Source: an uncultured cyanobacterium | GTDB lineage: Bacteria; Cyanobacteriota; Cyanobacteriia; Cyanobacteriales; CAWCAG01 | Reading direction: 5' to 3' | Assembly (NCBI GenBank): GCA_963803805.1 | Contig: CAWDOD010000011.1 | Location: forward strand, 704,001-768,000 | Length of the DNA: 64,000 nt | Shown here: positions 42,795 to 53,679 of the stretch, piece after piece | How the letters are laid out: each line of letters starts with the position of its first letter | Position numbering within the stretch: position 1 is the first letter of the stretch | Notes under the pieces: model-generated | What the model saw: only the letters and a program-made list of their open reading frames with translations | Told to the model about the DNA's origin: nothing | Database searches by the model: none | Program-made: the position numbers and the translations under genes

Positions 42795-44696
42795 ATGACA
42801 AAATACTCTTGTATAGCGATTGGCATTAATCAATATCAGTTTCTACAACCTTTGAATTACGCTCAAGCAGATGCTTTTAGCTTACGGCAATTTTTCATTA
42901 AAGAAACGAATCTGTCCCCGCAACAATGTTTACTCCTAACGGAATCTTCCCCTTGGCTAGAAAGAAAATCCACTTACCCAACTAAGGAAAATATTTTAAG
43001 CTGGCTCAAAAAAAGTGATGCTGTCACAGGGGAACCAAATATGTTTTGGTTTTTGTTCAGTGGCTATGGTGTCAATTGGCAAGGGAAAGATTATTTAATA
43101 CCCATAGATGGCAACCCCCAAGATATCCCGAATACGGCAATACCTTTGGAATCGTTATTGACTGAGCTACAAAAGCAAGGGGGGGATAATATTTTGGTAT
43201 TGCTAGATATTAACCGTTCCCCAGGTATCTTTGCTGGAGCATCTGTAGGGGCGCAAACCGCAGCTTTGGCAAGGGAAATGGGTATTGCTTTGATTCTTTC
43301 TACTCAGGTTAATGAATATTCCCATGAATCCGCTAGTCTTGGTCACGGGTTTTTCACAGAAGCACTTTTAGAAGCCCTAGATTATTATCGCCAAGATTTA
43401 ACCTTGGAAGTATTAGAAAATTATCTTCGTTACCGTCTACCTGAAATTGGTGAGCATCATTGGCGACCGGCCCAAACTCCTATTATAATCACACCATCTC
43501 CTCAAGCTAGCAAAGGGAAAATTCTTCCTGGCAACCAAGAATTTATCAGTTGGCATAACTATTCAGGTTATGGGCAAACTACCTCAAATTCTTCCTCAAC
43601 AGGGGTAGGGGAAAATGTTGTAGTTGATCACCACAATAATGGTACAGGGCAAGCTAATCAAACAGGAGTTTTGGATGTAGAAGAAATATCCCCTCATGGC
43701 TCTCCTAATAGTTCTCCTAACGGTTCTCACCCTTACCCACACCATAATGGTAACGGTTCTGGTAGTTCAGCTATTGTTTTTAAACCTAAACCACCTCAAA
43801 AGAAGAGTCAAAATTGGTCAGAATGGCTGATTTGGGGAGGAGGCGCTGCTTTGATAGCGGCCTTGGTTGTCGCGGCTGTAGCCATCGCTAACCAAGATGA
43901 TACTAGACAAGAAAGTATTGCTCAGACGGAAGAACAAATAGCTCCCCCCGTCCCCAGTAACCCCCAAGGCACTGATAGTACTCCGGTTATACCTGCCAAT
44001 CCCCAAGTAACTATTTCTACGGCTCAGGCTCCTGCTACCCCTCAACCAACGGCTACTTCGAGTTCAGAGACTCCCCTGGAATCTCCCCCTTTACAGGCTA
44101 CTAATCAAGGAATCTTAACCCAAGCGAGAACCTACATCCAAGCGAACCAAGCTTCCGGTTTTAATCGAGCCATTAACCAAGTCCGCAAGATTCAGCCAGG
44201 GCAACCATTTTATGAACAAGCCCAAGCAGATATTACTCGCTGGAGTCAAGTTATTTTAGATATCGCCCAAGGTAGGGCTAACCAAGGTAACTTTGGTGGT
44301 GCGATCGCCGCAGCTAAATTAGTTCCCCCAGATCGCCAAACTATTCATGACAATGCCCAAATCTCTATTCAACAATGGGCTGTCCAAGGGGAACAGCAAA
44401 AGAATAATCAACTACTTCTCCAAGGAGCGAAAGAGCAAATTCGCCCTAATCAAGCTTCTTCCTATAACCAAGGAATTAATATCCTTAAAGCCATTCCTCA
44501 AGGGCAATCAGGCTATCAACAGGCACAGGAGTTAACTACCCAATGGAGCCGTCAGATTTATTTAATTGCCAATTCCCGCGCCGCTAGGGGCAATTTTTCC
44601 CAAGCTATTAATACAGCAGTGTTAGTTCCTAAAAATACCCCTTCTTATGCACAGGCTCAACAGGCGATCGCCCGTTGGCGAAAAGGGGAAAAATAA
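42795..44696 (+). CDS. Membrane-anchored caspase-like (C14) protein with substituted catalytic dyad (pseudo-orthocaspase)
   Basis: IAIGINQY; FSGYG replaces FSGHG; LDINR replaces LDACR; HGFFT; central transmembrane helix; helical C-terminal repeats. Confidence 0.85.
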   Translation: MTKYSCIAIGINQYQFLQPLNYAQADAFSLRQFFIKETNLSPQQCLLLTESSPWLERKSTYPTKENILSWLKKSDAVTGEPNMFWFLFSGYGVNWQGKDYLIPIDGNPQDIPNTAIPLESLLTELQKQGGDNILVLLDINRSPGIFAGASVGAQTAALAREMGIALILSTQVNEYSHESASLGHGFFTEALLEALDYYRQDLTLEVLENYLRYRLPEIGEHHWRPAQTPIIITPSPQASKGKILPGNQEFISWHNYSGYGQTTSNSSSTGVGENVVVDHHNNGTGQANQTGVLDVEEISPHGSPNSSPNGSHPYPHHNGNGSGSSAIVFKPKPPQKKSQNWSEWLIWGGGAALIAALVVAAVAIANQDDTRQESIAQTEEQIAPPVPSNPQGTDSTPVIPANPQVTISTAQAPATPQPTATSSSETPLESPPLQATNQGILTQARTYIQANQASGFNRAINQVRKIQPGQPFYEQAQADITRWSQVILDIAQGRANQGNFGGAIAAAKLVPPDRQTIHDNAQISIQQWAVQGEQQKNNQLLLQGAKEQIRPNQASSYNQGINILKAIPQGQSGYQQAQELTTQWSRQIYLIANSRAARGNFSQAINTAVLVPKNTPSYAQAQQAIARWRKGEK

Positions 44697-44760
44697 TTGC
44701 TAATCGCTAGTTGCTAATCGCTAGTTGCTAGTTGCTAGTTGCTAATTGCTAGTTGCTAGC
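44694..44760. repeat. Heptamer tandem repeat (TAGTTGC variants, about 9 units)
   Basis: Visible directly; related tracts near 128-157, 18641-18670, 41336-41365, 41413-41441 and 51951-51976. Confidence 0.85.
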
Positions 44761-44803
44761 TGAACGTATGAGGTACAAAATGTTTGGTGTTTGTAGCTTT
44801 TAG

Positions 44804-46504
44804 CTAAAAATTAAGGTTCAAACTAAAATAAAAACCATCATCCTGAAGATTTTCTCCTCGGTCATCTAGGTTAACCAAAGGTAAAGCAGCATCCAAACGC
44901 AGATTAAGATTTCTTACAGGTGACCAAAGCACTCCCAAACCTAAACCCGCCAGGAAATTTTGCTCAGGTCTAACATTAGGATTATCCCCATTATCAAACA
45001 CCACTCCCATGTCAAAAAAGGGTGCTAACTGAAAAACACCAACTCCCTCTTCGCCCCTAGCTAAAGTAATCCGATCTTCTACAGTTAAGCGTACACCATT
45101 ATCCCCTGCCCTCGCTCCTTGGCGAAAACCTCTCACAGTAGTTCCCCCGCCAATGGTAAAAGTTTCTGAACCGAGGAGGTTATCAGGACTAAACTGCCCG
45201 TCAACTTGTACAATCAACAGATTATCTGGACTTAAGCGTTGTACCCTCTGCACTTGACCCAACCAACTAACAAATTGACCATCGGGAATATCACCAGAAT
45301 TTTCCGTCGCATCAAGTAAACCTGTACCGAAATTAAACTGCGATCGCACTGCCCAAGCCCCCGCAACATCTCGCTTGAGATAATCCTGTGCCAATCTAAA
45401 CACACTAGTACGGGTTGTCCCATCTGCTTCTGCCCCCACACCAAAGGGAGTACCAATATTGTTAAACAGAAAGGTTTGTCCAGTGCGATGGGCAAAGCCA
45501 ACAGAAAGAGCAAACTCTTCTAGGGAAGTACGGATAATTGGTTGGCGGAAACTAACCTCATAAAGTTGGGATTCCCCTTCAATACCTAACTCATCAAAAG
45601 GAGCTTGGGTAACTTCGTTATTGTCGGAAATGAAGCGCAGTTGTACTGTACCGTTTTTGGGGTTAACGGGGATAGTGTAGTTAACATCAAAGATATCGGA
45701 ACCCCCGGTAGTGGAACGGATATAACTCCCCCTGAGATTATCTCCTAATCCCGTCAAATTGCGGTAGCCCAAGGTGATACCTGTACGTTCGGAACCTACA
45801 CTAGCAGAGGAGTAGTTATCCACAAAGGCGTTGCCGTAAAAAGGTTTAGATTCAGTAACATTAAGCACTAAAAGGGTTTCTCCCGCTTCTGTACCCGGTT
45901 GCAGTTCGATTTTAATATCTTCAAAGAGGGGGTCAGTTTTAAGGAGGCGGAGTTTGTCTTCTAACTCTTGGATATTTAAGGGGGTGGTAACTCCTTGATT
46001 GATGCGAGAGAGGACGTATTGGGGTTTGGTACGTTGTAGACCGTTAATTTGCACATCGGCAAGGCTACCTTCAATGACTTGGATGGTGACAATGCCATCT
46101 TCAATGGCTTGTCTAGTGAGGATTGCGCGACTATTGACATAGCCAGCATCGAAGTAGAGTCGAGTAATAGCATCTGCCACCCCTTGGAGTTGGGAGAGGG
46201 AGACTTGTTGCCCTTCTAGGGGTGAGGTGATGGGGGCAAAGTCTGTGGGAGTGAAGATGGTGCTACCAAGGATTTGGATTTGTTGCAGAGGGAAGGTAAA
46301 AGTATCCTCGGTGGCAGGGAGATTATCTTGTTGTTGTTCCTCTGGTTGGGGGAAGATTGGTTCCTCATTAACAGGGGTTGGTAATTGTTCTTCTGGTGGT
46401 TGAATGAGTCTGTCCCGGTTGGGATCTGGTGTTTGGGCTAAGGTTTGAGCCGAGGATATGGCGATGAGGAAGGTTGTGGTTAGGGTTAGTTTGAATAGGT
46501 TCAT
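44804..46504 (-). CDS. ShlB/FhaC/HecB-family TPS outer-membrane transporter (TpsB)
   Basis: Signal peptide, POTRA motif YFDAGYVNSRA...IEG, GGGTTVRGF motif, C-terminal FSLNLNF. Confidence 0.93.
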   Translation of the reverse strand: MNLFKLTLTTTFLIAISSAQTLAQTPDPNRDRLIQPPEEQLPTPVNEEPIFPQPEEQQQDNLPATEDTFTFPLQQIQILGSTIFTPTDFAPITSPLEGQQVSLSQLQGVADAITRLYFDAGYVNSRAILTRQAIEDGIVTIQVIEGSLADVQINGLQRTKPQYVLSRINQGVTTPLNIQELEDKLRLLKTDPLFEDIKIELQPGTEAGETLLVLNVTESKPFYGNAFVDNYSSASVGSERTGITLGYRNLTGLGDNLRGSYIRSTTGGSDIFDVNYTIPVNPKNGTVQLRFISDNNEVTQAPFDELGIEGESQLYEVSFRQPIIRTSLEEFALSVGFAHRTGQTFLFNNIGTPFGVGAEADGTTRTSVFRLAQDYLKRDVAGAWAVRSQFNFGTGLLDATENSGDIPDGQFVSWLGQVQRVQRLSPDNLLIVQVDGQFSPDNLLGSETFTIGGGTTVRGFRQGARAGDNGVRLTVEDRITLARGEEGVGVFQLAPFFDMGVVFDNGDNPNVRPEQNFLAGLGLGVLWSPVRNLNLRLDAALPLVNLDDRGENLQDDGFYFSLNLNF

Positions 46505-46664
46505 TTTTGGTACGATTAGGAAACGTTATACCGAATCCTGGTAGGCTACATGAGTTATCAGGGTAGACAACAGGCACTCTTGGTTTGAGAGATTTGTCCG
46601 GTGAATTTTATAAAGTAGTCTTGTAAGGTGCTGTTAGCCACAGGCGTAACACCCATATTTCTTG

Positions 46665-47015
46665 CTAATCAGACAATAAACCAGACATTTCTAAAACGCT
46701 ATTTGACCAACTTTGGGATTGTTCCGCGACAAATGCCCGCTTGTTTTCATCAGCCCAAATGCTTTCCCAACTCCATTGCCAAGTTGCTAATTGGATTTGT
46801 ATTTCAACTAATTTGGCTGCTGTTTCTATTTCAGCGTTGGTAGCAGTCCATTCAATGAAAAATTTACTTTCTTCAATTAAACTTTTGACTAAATCTATGT
46901 TGGCTGCATTGCCAGAAAAAGATTTGATACGGGCTAGGTTAGCAGCTAATCCTCCTAAGCGAGTAGGTAATTCATCTTGTAAATATCTTGCTTTAATAGC
47001 ACTCCAGTCTTTCAT
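46665..47015 (-). CDS. Hypothetical helical protein coupled to the DUF5674 gene
   Basis: ATGA overlap at 47012-47015; RLGGLAANLARI, ESKFFIEW. Confidence 0.75.
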   Translation of the reverse strand: MKDWSAIKARYLQDELPTRLGGLAANLARIKSFSGNAANIDLVKSLIEESKFFIEWTATNAEIETAAKLVEIQIQLATWQWSWESIWADENKRAFVAEQSQSWSNSVLEMSGLLSD

Positions 47016-47347
47016 ACTTCTCCTAATAATTTTTCAGTAATTAAGGTTACTTTCTCTCGGATACTAGGATCGAGAATTTCTAATGAACGATTGTTTTGAC
47101 GCGGACGGATATTAATGAGAGATTCAAAGGTAACTTCTTGAGTTGAAGGATTCCAATCTGCTCCCCAAATATCTTCTTGACGACTACCATCTTCCAAAAG
47201 GACACCTTCACAGTCTGCATGAAGTTGACCACCACCAGCTAAGATACCGCGTTCAATGTCTACAGCTAATTTTATGTATGTGCCAAGGGGCTTTAACATC
47301 TCATTTATTTGTTCTTTGGTGGCGTAGTCGCGTATTAAGTGAATCAT
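47012..47347 (-). CDS. DUF5674 family protein
   Basis: IKLAVDI, GGQLHADCE, GSRQEDIWGA, SLINIRPRQNN; likely ATG 47347. Confidence 0.8.
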   Translation of the reverse strand: MIHLIRDYATKEQINEMLKPLGTYIKLAVDIERGILAGGGQLHADCEGVLLEDGSRQEDIWGADWNPSTQEVTFESLINIRPRQNNRSLEILDPSIREKVTLITEKLLGEV

Positions 47348-47548
47348 CCACAATATTTCCCTAGTTAATTTTCCCAAATCAAATCACACTAATACTCGAA
47401 AAGACCGATTGTCAACTTTTTTTCTGAGGTAAAATTTCAGCATTTGGTAGTCATCTTTAAGATGACTTAGGTTGTTAGCCTGGGATTTTAATCCTTGGCG
47501 GGTTGGGTGAATAAGCTAGGGACATGATTCAAGGTCAGCTTGTAGCTT

Positions 47549-47896
47549 TTAGCCCACTGCATAGTCACTCATTTCCCGCATGAAAGGAGGATGAAAACCC
47601 AATACAATGTCTTGTTTTGGTACACCCAAATTAACCAAATCTGCGGTAATATCATGCTCGGTTGAATTGGCAAAAATCCAGATTTTTCCCTGGCGAATGT
47701 CAAGATGTATTGTACAGTGGTGTATCCAGCGCTTATCCTCCCAACCCAGATGGACAATTTGGTAGTGATTGCGCTGTGTATCAAAGATAGTTTCAACCTC
47801 AATCTCACCATAAGCTGGCTTGTTTTGTGCATAATCCATCAACAATTGCTGTACAATTTGCTGATAGTGCGTTAATTTATCCCTCAGTCCTTCCAT
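47549..47896 (-). CDS. xisI: XisI family protein
   Basis: HYQIVHLGW, HLDIRQGKIWI, GVPKQDIVLGFHPP. Confidence 0.92.
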   Translation of the reverse strand: MEGLRDKLTHYQQIVQQLLMDYAQNKPAYGEIEVETIFDTQRNHYQIVHLGWEDKRWIHHCTIHLDIRQGKIWIFANSTEHDITADLVNLGVPKQDIVLGFHPPFMREMSDYAVG

Positions 47897-47919
47897 AGTG
47901 AAATTTGCTCCAGTTCAAT
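47884..47919 (-). pseudogene. xisH: 3' remnant of xisH
   Basis: IELEQISLWKD* overlaps the xisI start, as the XisH C-terminus normally does. Confidence 0.55.
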
Positions 47920-47985
47920 ACAGTTTTTGTTGGGTTACTCTAACGAGAAGGCTACGCCAACACGACCTTCTACCCAACCTACTTT

Positions 47986-50900
47986 TTATGGTTGTTGATT
48001 GGGATGGCTAAATTTTGCACCGGATGGGGAGGTGCAGGTGGTTCCCTGTGGGTTTTCTTCTTCGTTTTGTTCCTCCGTTGTGTTATCAGTGATAGTTACT
48101 TCTGGTATTTCACAAATCCCCTGGCTTGCACCAAGGTTGTTTAATTGGGTGACATCATCCGTTGCTGTTAGGTCTTGGGTGGGGATGTTTGTTGTCGGGT
48201 TTGTGGGGTCGGTTGGCGTTGTTGGAGTTCCTGGGTCTACTGGCGTTGTTGGAGGAGTGACCGGTACAGTAGTATTCTCTAAATCAAATGTTGCTACTTG
48301 TGCGTCTGTTGCCTCTGCTGTTACCTGATAATTACCCTCAATACCATTAGCTGTGAAAGGATTTATCGCTTGCCCTTGGGCATCGGTGAAAACCGTTGTA
48401 CCATTACCGAAAGTACCCGACGCACCACTTGCTGGAGCGCTAAAGGTTATTTCTAAGCCTGCGAAGGAGAAAGGTTGACTAGTGAAAGCATCAATAAGTT
48501 GGACGCTTAACGGAGTAGCAAAAGCTGTCTCTACTTGGGCGCTTTGGGGTGTGCCAGTGGGAGTTAGAGCAAATTGCATCTCTACTGCACCAATATCGAC
48601 AGTTCCGTTAAGAGTACGTGTTGCCCCCCGTTGGTCAGTGGTTATGCCCATGGGAATATTGCCATTATTGCCTGCATCTAGGGCAGGGCTGCCGGGGATG
48701 AGGGCATGGGTTTGTGTTGTACCGCCATTGTCAGCGAGGGGGTTGATAACTTCACTAATATCGGTGATGCCTGCGGAGGCAAAGGTAAGATCGCTGCCTG
48801 TACCTATGGTGCTGGTTCCTGTTGCACCAGTGATGTCGCCGATGAGGTTGTTGGCAGCGCCGTTAATGTCGTCGCCAGAAACATCAGGGTGGATATTGTT
48901 TCCCGTGGGACTGTTGTCAAAGTTTCCGGCGATGATGCTATTGCTGATAGTGAATGTTCCTCCACTCCTCAAGATACCGCCACCATCTCCTGTTCCGTCT
49001 CCATCAGAATCTGCCGTGTTGTTGGTGATAGTACTATTAGTGATCGTACCTCCATTATTACTATAAATACCGCCGCCGCTACCTGTTGCTTCGTTACTAC
49101 TAACAGTGCTATTGGTCAGGGTTACTGCACCACCGCTGTTGAAAATACCACCGCCGTTTGATGTTGCTTCGTTTCCACTAACAGTGCTATTAGTCAGGGT
49201 CACATCACCAGCGCTGAAAATGCCACCGGCGACACCTGATCCTGCCGTATTGCCACTGACAGTGCTATTGATCAGGGTAACTGCACTACCAAAGCTCGAA
49301 ATGCCACCAACGTTACTACCGGCACTATTATTACTGACAGTACTATTAGTCAAAGTTACAGTGCCAGACGTTGATAAAATACCTCCTTCATCATTTTGTG
49401 CCTGATTATCGCTGACGATGCTATCGATCAGCGTCACCGAACTATTACTGTAAATGCCAGCGCTACTTCCTGCCTGATTACCACTGACAGTGCTATTAGT
49501 TAGGGTCACATCACCAGCGCTGAAAATGCCGCCACCTCTATTAAAGCCAGCATTACCATTGCGAATAGTCAAAGCATCAAAAGTAACCTCCCCACCTCCC
49601 GTAACATTAAAAATACGAAACTCCGCCATCCCTGCCGCATCGCGTTCCACAATCACATTAGCCGCACCATTAGCATCGCCGTCTATAGTAAATTTCCCGT
49701 AGCTGTGCTGATCTCCAACTGACCTTGAGTCAGGGTTATCTGGTTTATCCCTGGGGCAAAACGAATCGTATCTGCACCCGAACCAGTTTGACCTTCTACA
49801 GTACTGTCACTATTAGAAGCCTCTAACGCTTCGCGCAAATTCAGTATCCCATCATTATCTGTTGCCCCTGTAGCTGTATCATCTACGTCTTCTTGCACCG
49901 TCAAAGTAGCCAAAATTCCCTCATAGCTATCCTGAGTTTCAGCAGTAAAAGGATTTGTCGCTTCAATGCTTCCAGTTTGATACTCTAACTCCCAATCTGC
50001 CCCAAACTCACTACTACCAGTCAAGTTAGTGGAAGCTGCCACATCTGCTGCGGTTAAGGTAGCTAAACTATCAACAAATTCTTTCCCCACATCCCCTAAA
50101 GCAGCAAAACAACTGTAGAGGAGTAAGTCGGCATTCACCCCCAAGCCACTTTGCCACTGCTGTATCTGTGCTTCATACTCACTGAGGTTTTGCTGGGAAA
50201 CAAAGTCTTTACCTAACCAGAAGTTCCCCCCATTTCCTTCTGTAACAATAGCAAGGCTATTTACAGTACGGTTTTGTTGCCCTAAAGCTGCTAACTTGTC
50301 CCCCACAAAAGCGATACCATTGTCCTCTGTTGTTACCACAAAAGAAGTTGTTCCTTTCACTCCACCATAAAGTAGGCTTTTATAATCTTCTACGGTGCTA
50401 TCAATGAAAGTGTAGGCTAAGGAGTCCCCTTCTCCGGGAAATAAGACTACTGTGGGGGCGCTGTGGTTGCCGTTGTGGGTAGAAATTAAGTCTGGGTTGG
50501 TGGGAGTTACCTGGTTAGTTGCCATGAAGGTAACATCTTGGGCTGTTACTTCCCCAGCTATGGCTACATCCCCATCACTAAAGTTAGTTCCCCCAGTTAA
50601 ATAAATTTTGCCGTCTGTTCCTACGGTGATTTCGTTGGCATGGCCTGTTTCATTGCCTCCACTGAGGTAACGGGGAATATCTATTGCTTTTAAGCCGACA
50701 CTATCTCCATGATTTTCTGGAGTTAAGGGGGCTGCATCTAAGATTAATTCTAAGGCCATCCCTTCTTGAGTGATACGAATCTGCTTCTTTTCAGGAATAG
50801 CAGCAATAGTAACATTTCCCCCTGGGGCTTCTAGGGTTCCGGTACTGATGACGCTGTTACCTACTAACCATAATGATGCCCCTGGACTTACTTCTAGGTT

Positions 50901-51425
50901 CCCTTCGTTGATGATTAGTCCGGTTTGAGTGTCAAAGACGAAACTGCTGGGATTTCCTGTTAGTTGAGAAAAGTTGTTGTCTCCTAAAGCGTTGAAGAAG
51001 CTGTCTCCGATACCAATACGGGTAGCTGTGGTGGCGGCGAAGCTACCTGGTACGTCTAATTTTGCCCCTTGGCCAAATACCCAACCGGAAGGATTCATTA
51101 AGTAGAGGTTAGAGTTGCCTCCGGTGAGTTTGATTAGTCCTTCTACTACCGAAGGGTTGCCCCCGGTTATTCTGCCCAGGATGTTGTTGATTTGGGGGTT
51201 GGAGAGGAAGTTGGCTATTTCTTGGGGAGATAAGCCAAATTCAGCGAAGGAGTGGAAGAGGTTGTCTCCAGCTTGGGTTCCGCCGGTGATGTTGTAGGTG
51301 TTGCCGTTGTGGTTGATGATTGTCCCTACTCCATCTGGTGCGGTGGTGATGGATTGGGCTTTTACTTTTGAGGTGAAGAGGAGGAGGGCTAGGGGTAAAA
51401 GAAAGAGGCTTTTGACTAGTTTCAT
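47986..51425 (-). CDS. TpsA-type exoprotein (TPS domain, DUF4347-like, right-handed beta-helix repeats, Ig-like, Pro/Thr tail) split by one frameshift near 49688
   Basis: Two ORF-track pieces (49683-51425 and 47986-49656); signal VKA-Q, NLFHSF, MNPSG; DLLLYSC...DWELE; (GG)IxSxGxVTLTNSTVSGN repeats; LADNGG...DQRG...DIGAVE. Confidence 0.85.
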
Positions 51426-51960
51426 TTGTGATGGAGGATAGAGAGTATTTACTTGGATGTTGTTACTTGGGAGATAGTCTTAATTGATGAATAATAAGAA
51501 ATTACTCTGAATTACCATGGGGCTTCTACTTATTTACTAAGAGAGAGTACCACAAAATAATTAGGAGAATATAAAGTTAAGATAAAGTTTGTTTTTCTTT
51601 CCAGTGTTTGTTGCAGCCTAAATTCTCATGCCCCCTAAATCCCCCCATATTGGGGGACTAGGGGAGACAGAGAAATACGGGAATATTACTGTTATCTAGC
51701 AAACTTGTGGCAAGGTTAAACTGCGATCGCCTCTTTAAATACCTATGACTTTTAGCCCCAAAAAGATGATCCAGCAGCTATAGGCGCACATCCTTGTTGT
51801 AAGACTAAGCTAAGATCTAATTGCCGATAATGCGTCGATTTATCCCCTAGTCCTTCCATAATGAAATTTCTCTCTAAACCAGGCGTGAGTGTCATGACCT
51901 TATCTGTTAGGGTAGGGAGCAAAAGACCATGCCTACCCTTGGGCTGCACATAGCTAACAG

Positions 51961-52944
51961 CTAACAGCTAATAGCTTGAATCGCTTCTGTACTCAAGCGA
52001 GGGCCGTAGGTTGTCACAACCTTGGCTGAAGCGGCTGAAGCCAATTTCCCTGCTTGGGTAAAATCCTGGCCTTGGGTAATACCGTAAAGCATTGCCCCAG
52101 CATACATATCTCCTGCACCAACAGTATCAACAGCTTTAACTTGATGGGCAGGAATAGTGATGATTTTTTCGCCATCAAAAATAAGGGAACCTTCAGAACC
52201 AAGGGTGATAGCAAAGCCTTTGGCAATGGTTTTTAAAAACTCAGTAGCAGTTTTAATTTCTTTGGTATTAGCCATTTTTAAAGCTTCTGCTTCATTAGCA
52301 AACAGAAAATCCACCCCGGAACCAATCATTTCTAAAAGCCCTGGTTTAAAAAATTCCACCATGTTAGGGTCAGATAAAGAAAGGGATGTTTTAACCCCCG
52401 CTTGTTCTGCAATCTCCTTAGCTGTAATGGCTGTAGCTTTGCCAATAGAAGAACTAACTAAGTAACCTTCAATATAAATGTATTGGGAATCGGCGATCGC
52501 CTCTGGCACTAGTTCGTCTGTTGATAGATCAGCCGTGATGCCTAAAAATGTGTTCATGGTGCGGTCAGCATCCGGAGTTACAAAAACCAAACAAGTTCCT
52601 GTGATGCCTTCTGGTCGATTGTCTAAGGTTGAATTAGTAGCCACACCGCAGTTGAGGAGGTCTTGTAAATAGATAGAACCCGTAGCATCGTTGGCAATTT
52701 TACAGGAATAGAAAGTTTTGCCTCCCATTTGACTAATAGCAACTATTGTATTGGCAGCGGAACCACCACAGGCAGTTTGAGAAGAATAGTTTTTTAACTG
52801 TTCCAAGATTTCTTGCTGGCGTTGTTCATCGACAAGAGTCATTACGCCTTTATCAATATTCAATTTTTGCAAGAGTTCAGCAGTGATTTTAAATTCTTTG
52901 TCTGCCAAAGCATTACCAATGCCATATACGTTGTATTTTTTCAT
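51961..52944 (-). CDS. PfkB-family kinase (adenosine kinase-like)
   Basis: GGSAANT, RTMNTFLG, DTVGAGD. Confidence 0.9.
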   Translation of the reverse strand: MKKYNVYGIGNALADKEFKITAELLQKLNIDKGVMTLVDEQRQQEILEQLKNYSSQTACGGSAANTIVAISQMGGKTFYSCKIANDATGSIYLQDLLNCGVATNSTLDNRPEGITGTCLVFVTPDADRTMNTFLGITADLSTDELVPEAIADSQYIYIEGYLVSSSIGKATAITAKEIAEQAGVKTSLSLSDPNMVEFFKPGLLEMIGSGVDFLFANEAEALKMANTKEIKTATEFLKTIAKGFAITLGSEGSLIFDGEKIITIPAHQVKAVDTVGAGDMYAGAMLYGITQGQDFTQAGKLASAASAKVVTTYGPRLSTEAIQAISC

Positions 52945-52986
52945 GTTGATTGGGAAATGAGCCTAAACCGCCTTGCTAATTTTACC

Positions 52987-53526
52987 TTAATTGCTCTCGG
53001 CTAATAATGTGATCACTTCTTCACACCAAGCAACACGATAACTTTCATAACCAATGCCACAACGCAGAGTTGCATAAAGACATTTTTGTTCAAAGGATAA
53101 TTGAGAAACATGAGGAAAATTTTGCTGCTCTATTTCTCTATAAACTGATAACTGTTGAAAATGAATTTGACGGTGACGTTCAATTTCTGCCAAAATGATT
53201 GACTTTGGCACTAACTTCGCTGCAATTATTTTGACTAACAACTCTTCACGAATTGCCATTGGTTCAGTAGGTTCTAATAACCAACTTCTAAGTGCTTCTA
53301 TCCCTGTTTCTGTGATGGAATAAAGCTTTTTGTCGGGACGACCTTCTTGAGGAATAATTTCTACAGTGATCGCACCTTCTTTTTCTAATTTACTTAACTC
53401 TCTGTATATTTGTTGTTGGCTTGCTTGCCAGTAATATTTACTACTTTGGGAAAACTTTTTCCATAAATCATAACCACTATAGGAGCTATCCCCCAGGGTT
53501 GCCAAAATTGTATGGGCTAATGACAT
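52987..53526 (-). CDS. PadR-family regulator, long AphA-like subfamily
   Basis: SGYDL, QIYRELSKL, GRPDKKLYSITETG, C-terminal helical domain ending in WC. Confidence 0.92.
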   Translation of the reverse strand: MSLAHTILATLGDSSYSGYDLWKKFSQSSKYYWQASQQQIYRELSKLEKEGAITVEIIPQEGRPDKKLYSITETGIEALRSWLLEPTEPMAIREELLVKIIAAKLVPKSIILAEIERHRQIHFQQLSVYREIEQQNFPHVSQLSFEQKCLYATLRCGIGYESYRVAWCEEVITLLAESN

Positions 53527-53679
53527 TTTTTAGTTATAAGTTATCACAATAGTATTTAAAGGAATTAGCTTTTACCGCTATATTACGGGGATGGTATTAT
53601 GGATAGAAAAAGTTGTGTCAGCAACAATGACTACTAAAGGTGCAGATACTGAGAACTTAAACTACTTGAAAACCGCATC

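Noticed and set aside
46665-47896. Small genes after tpsA as CDI-style immunity genes
   Set aside because: XisI and DUF5674 belong to widespread independent cassettes, and the TpsA C-terminus has no recognisable toxin domain
51752-51949. 65-aa ORF downstream of the PfkB kinase
   Set aside because: No recognisable motif; its start abuts a heptamer tract; cannot be supported
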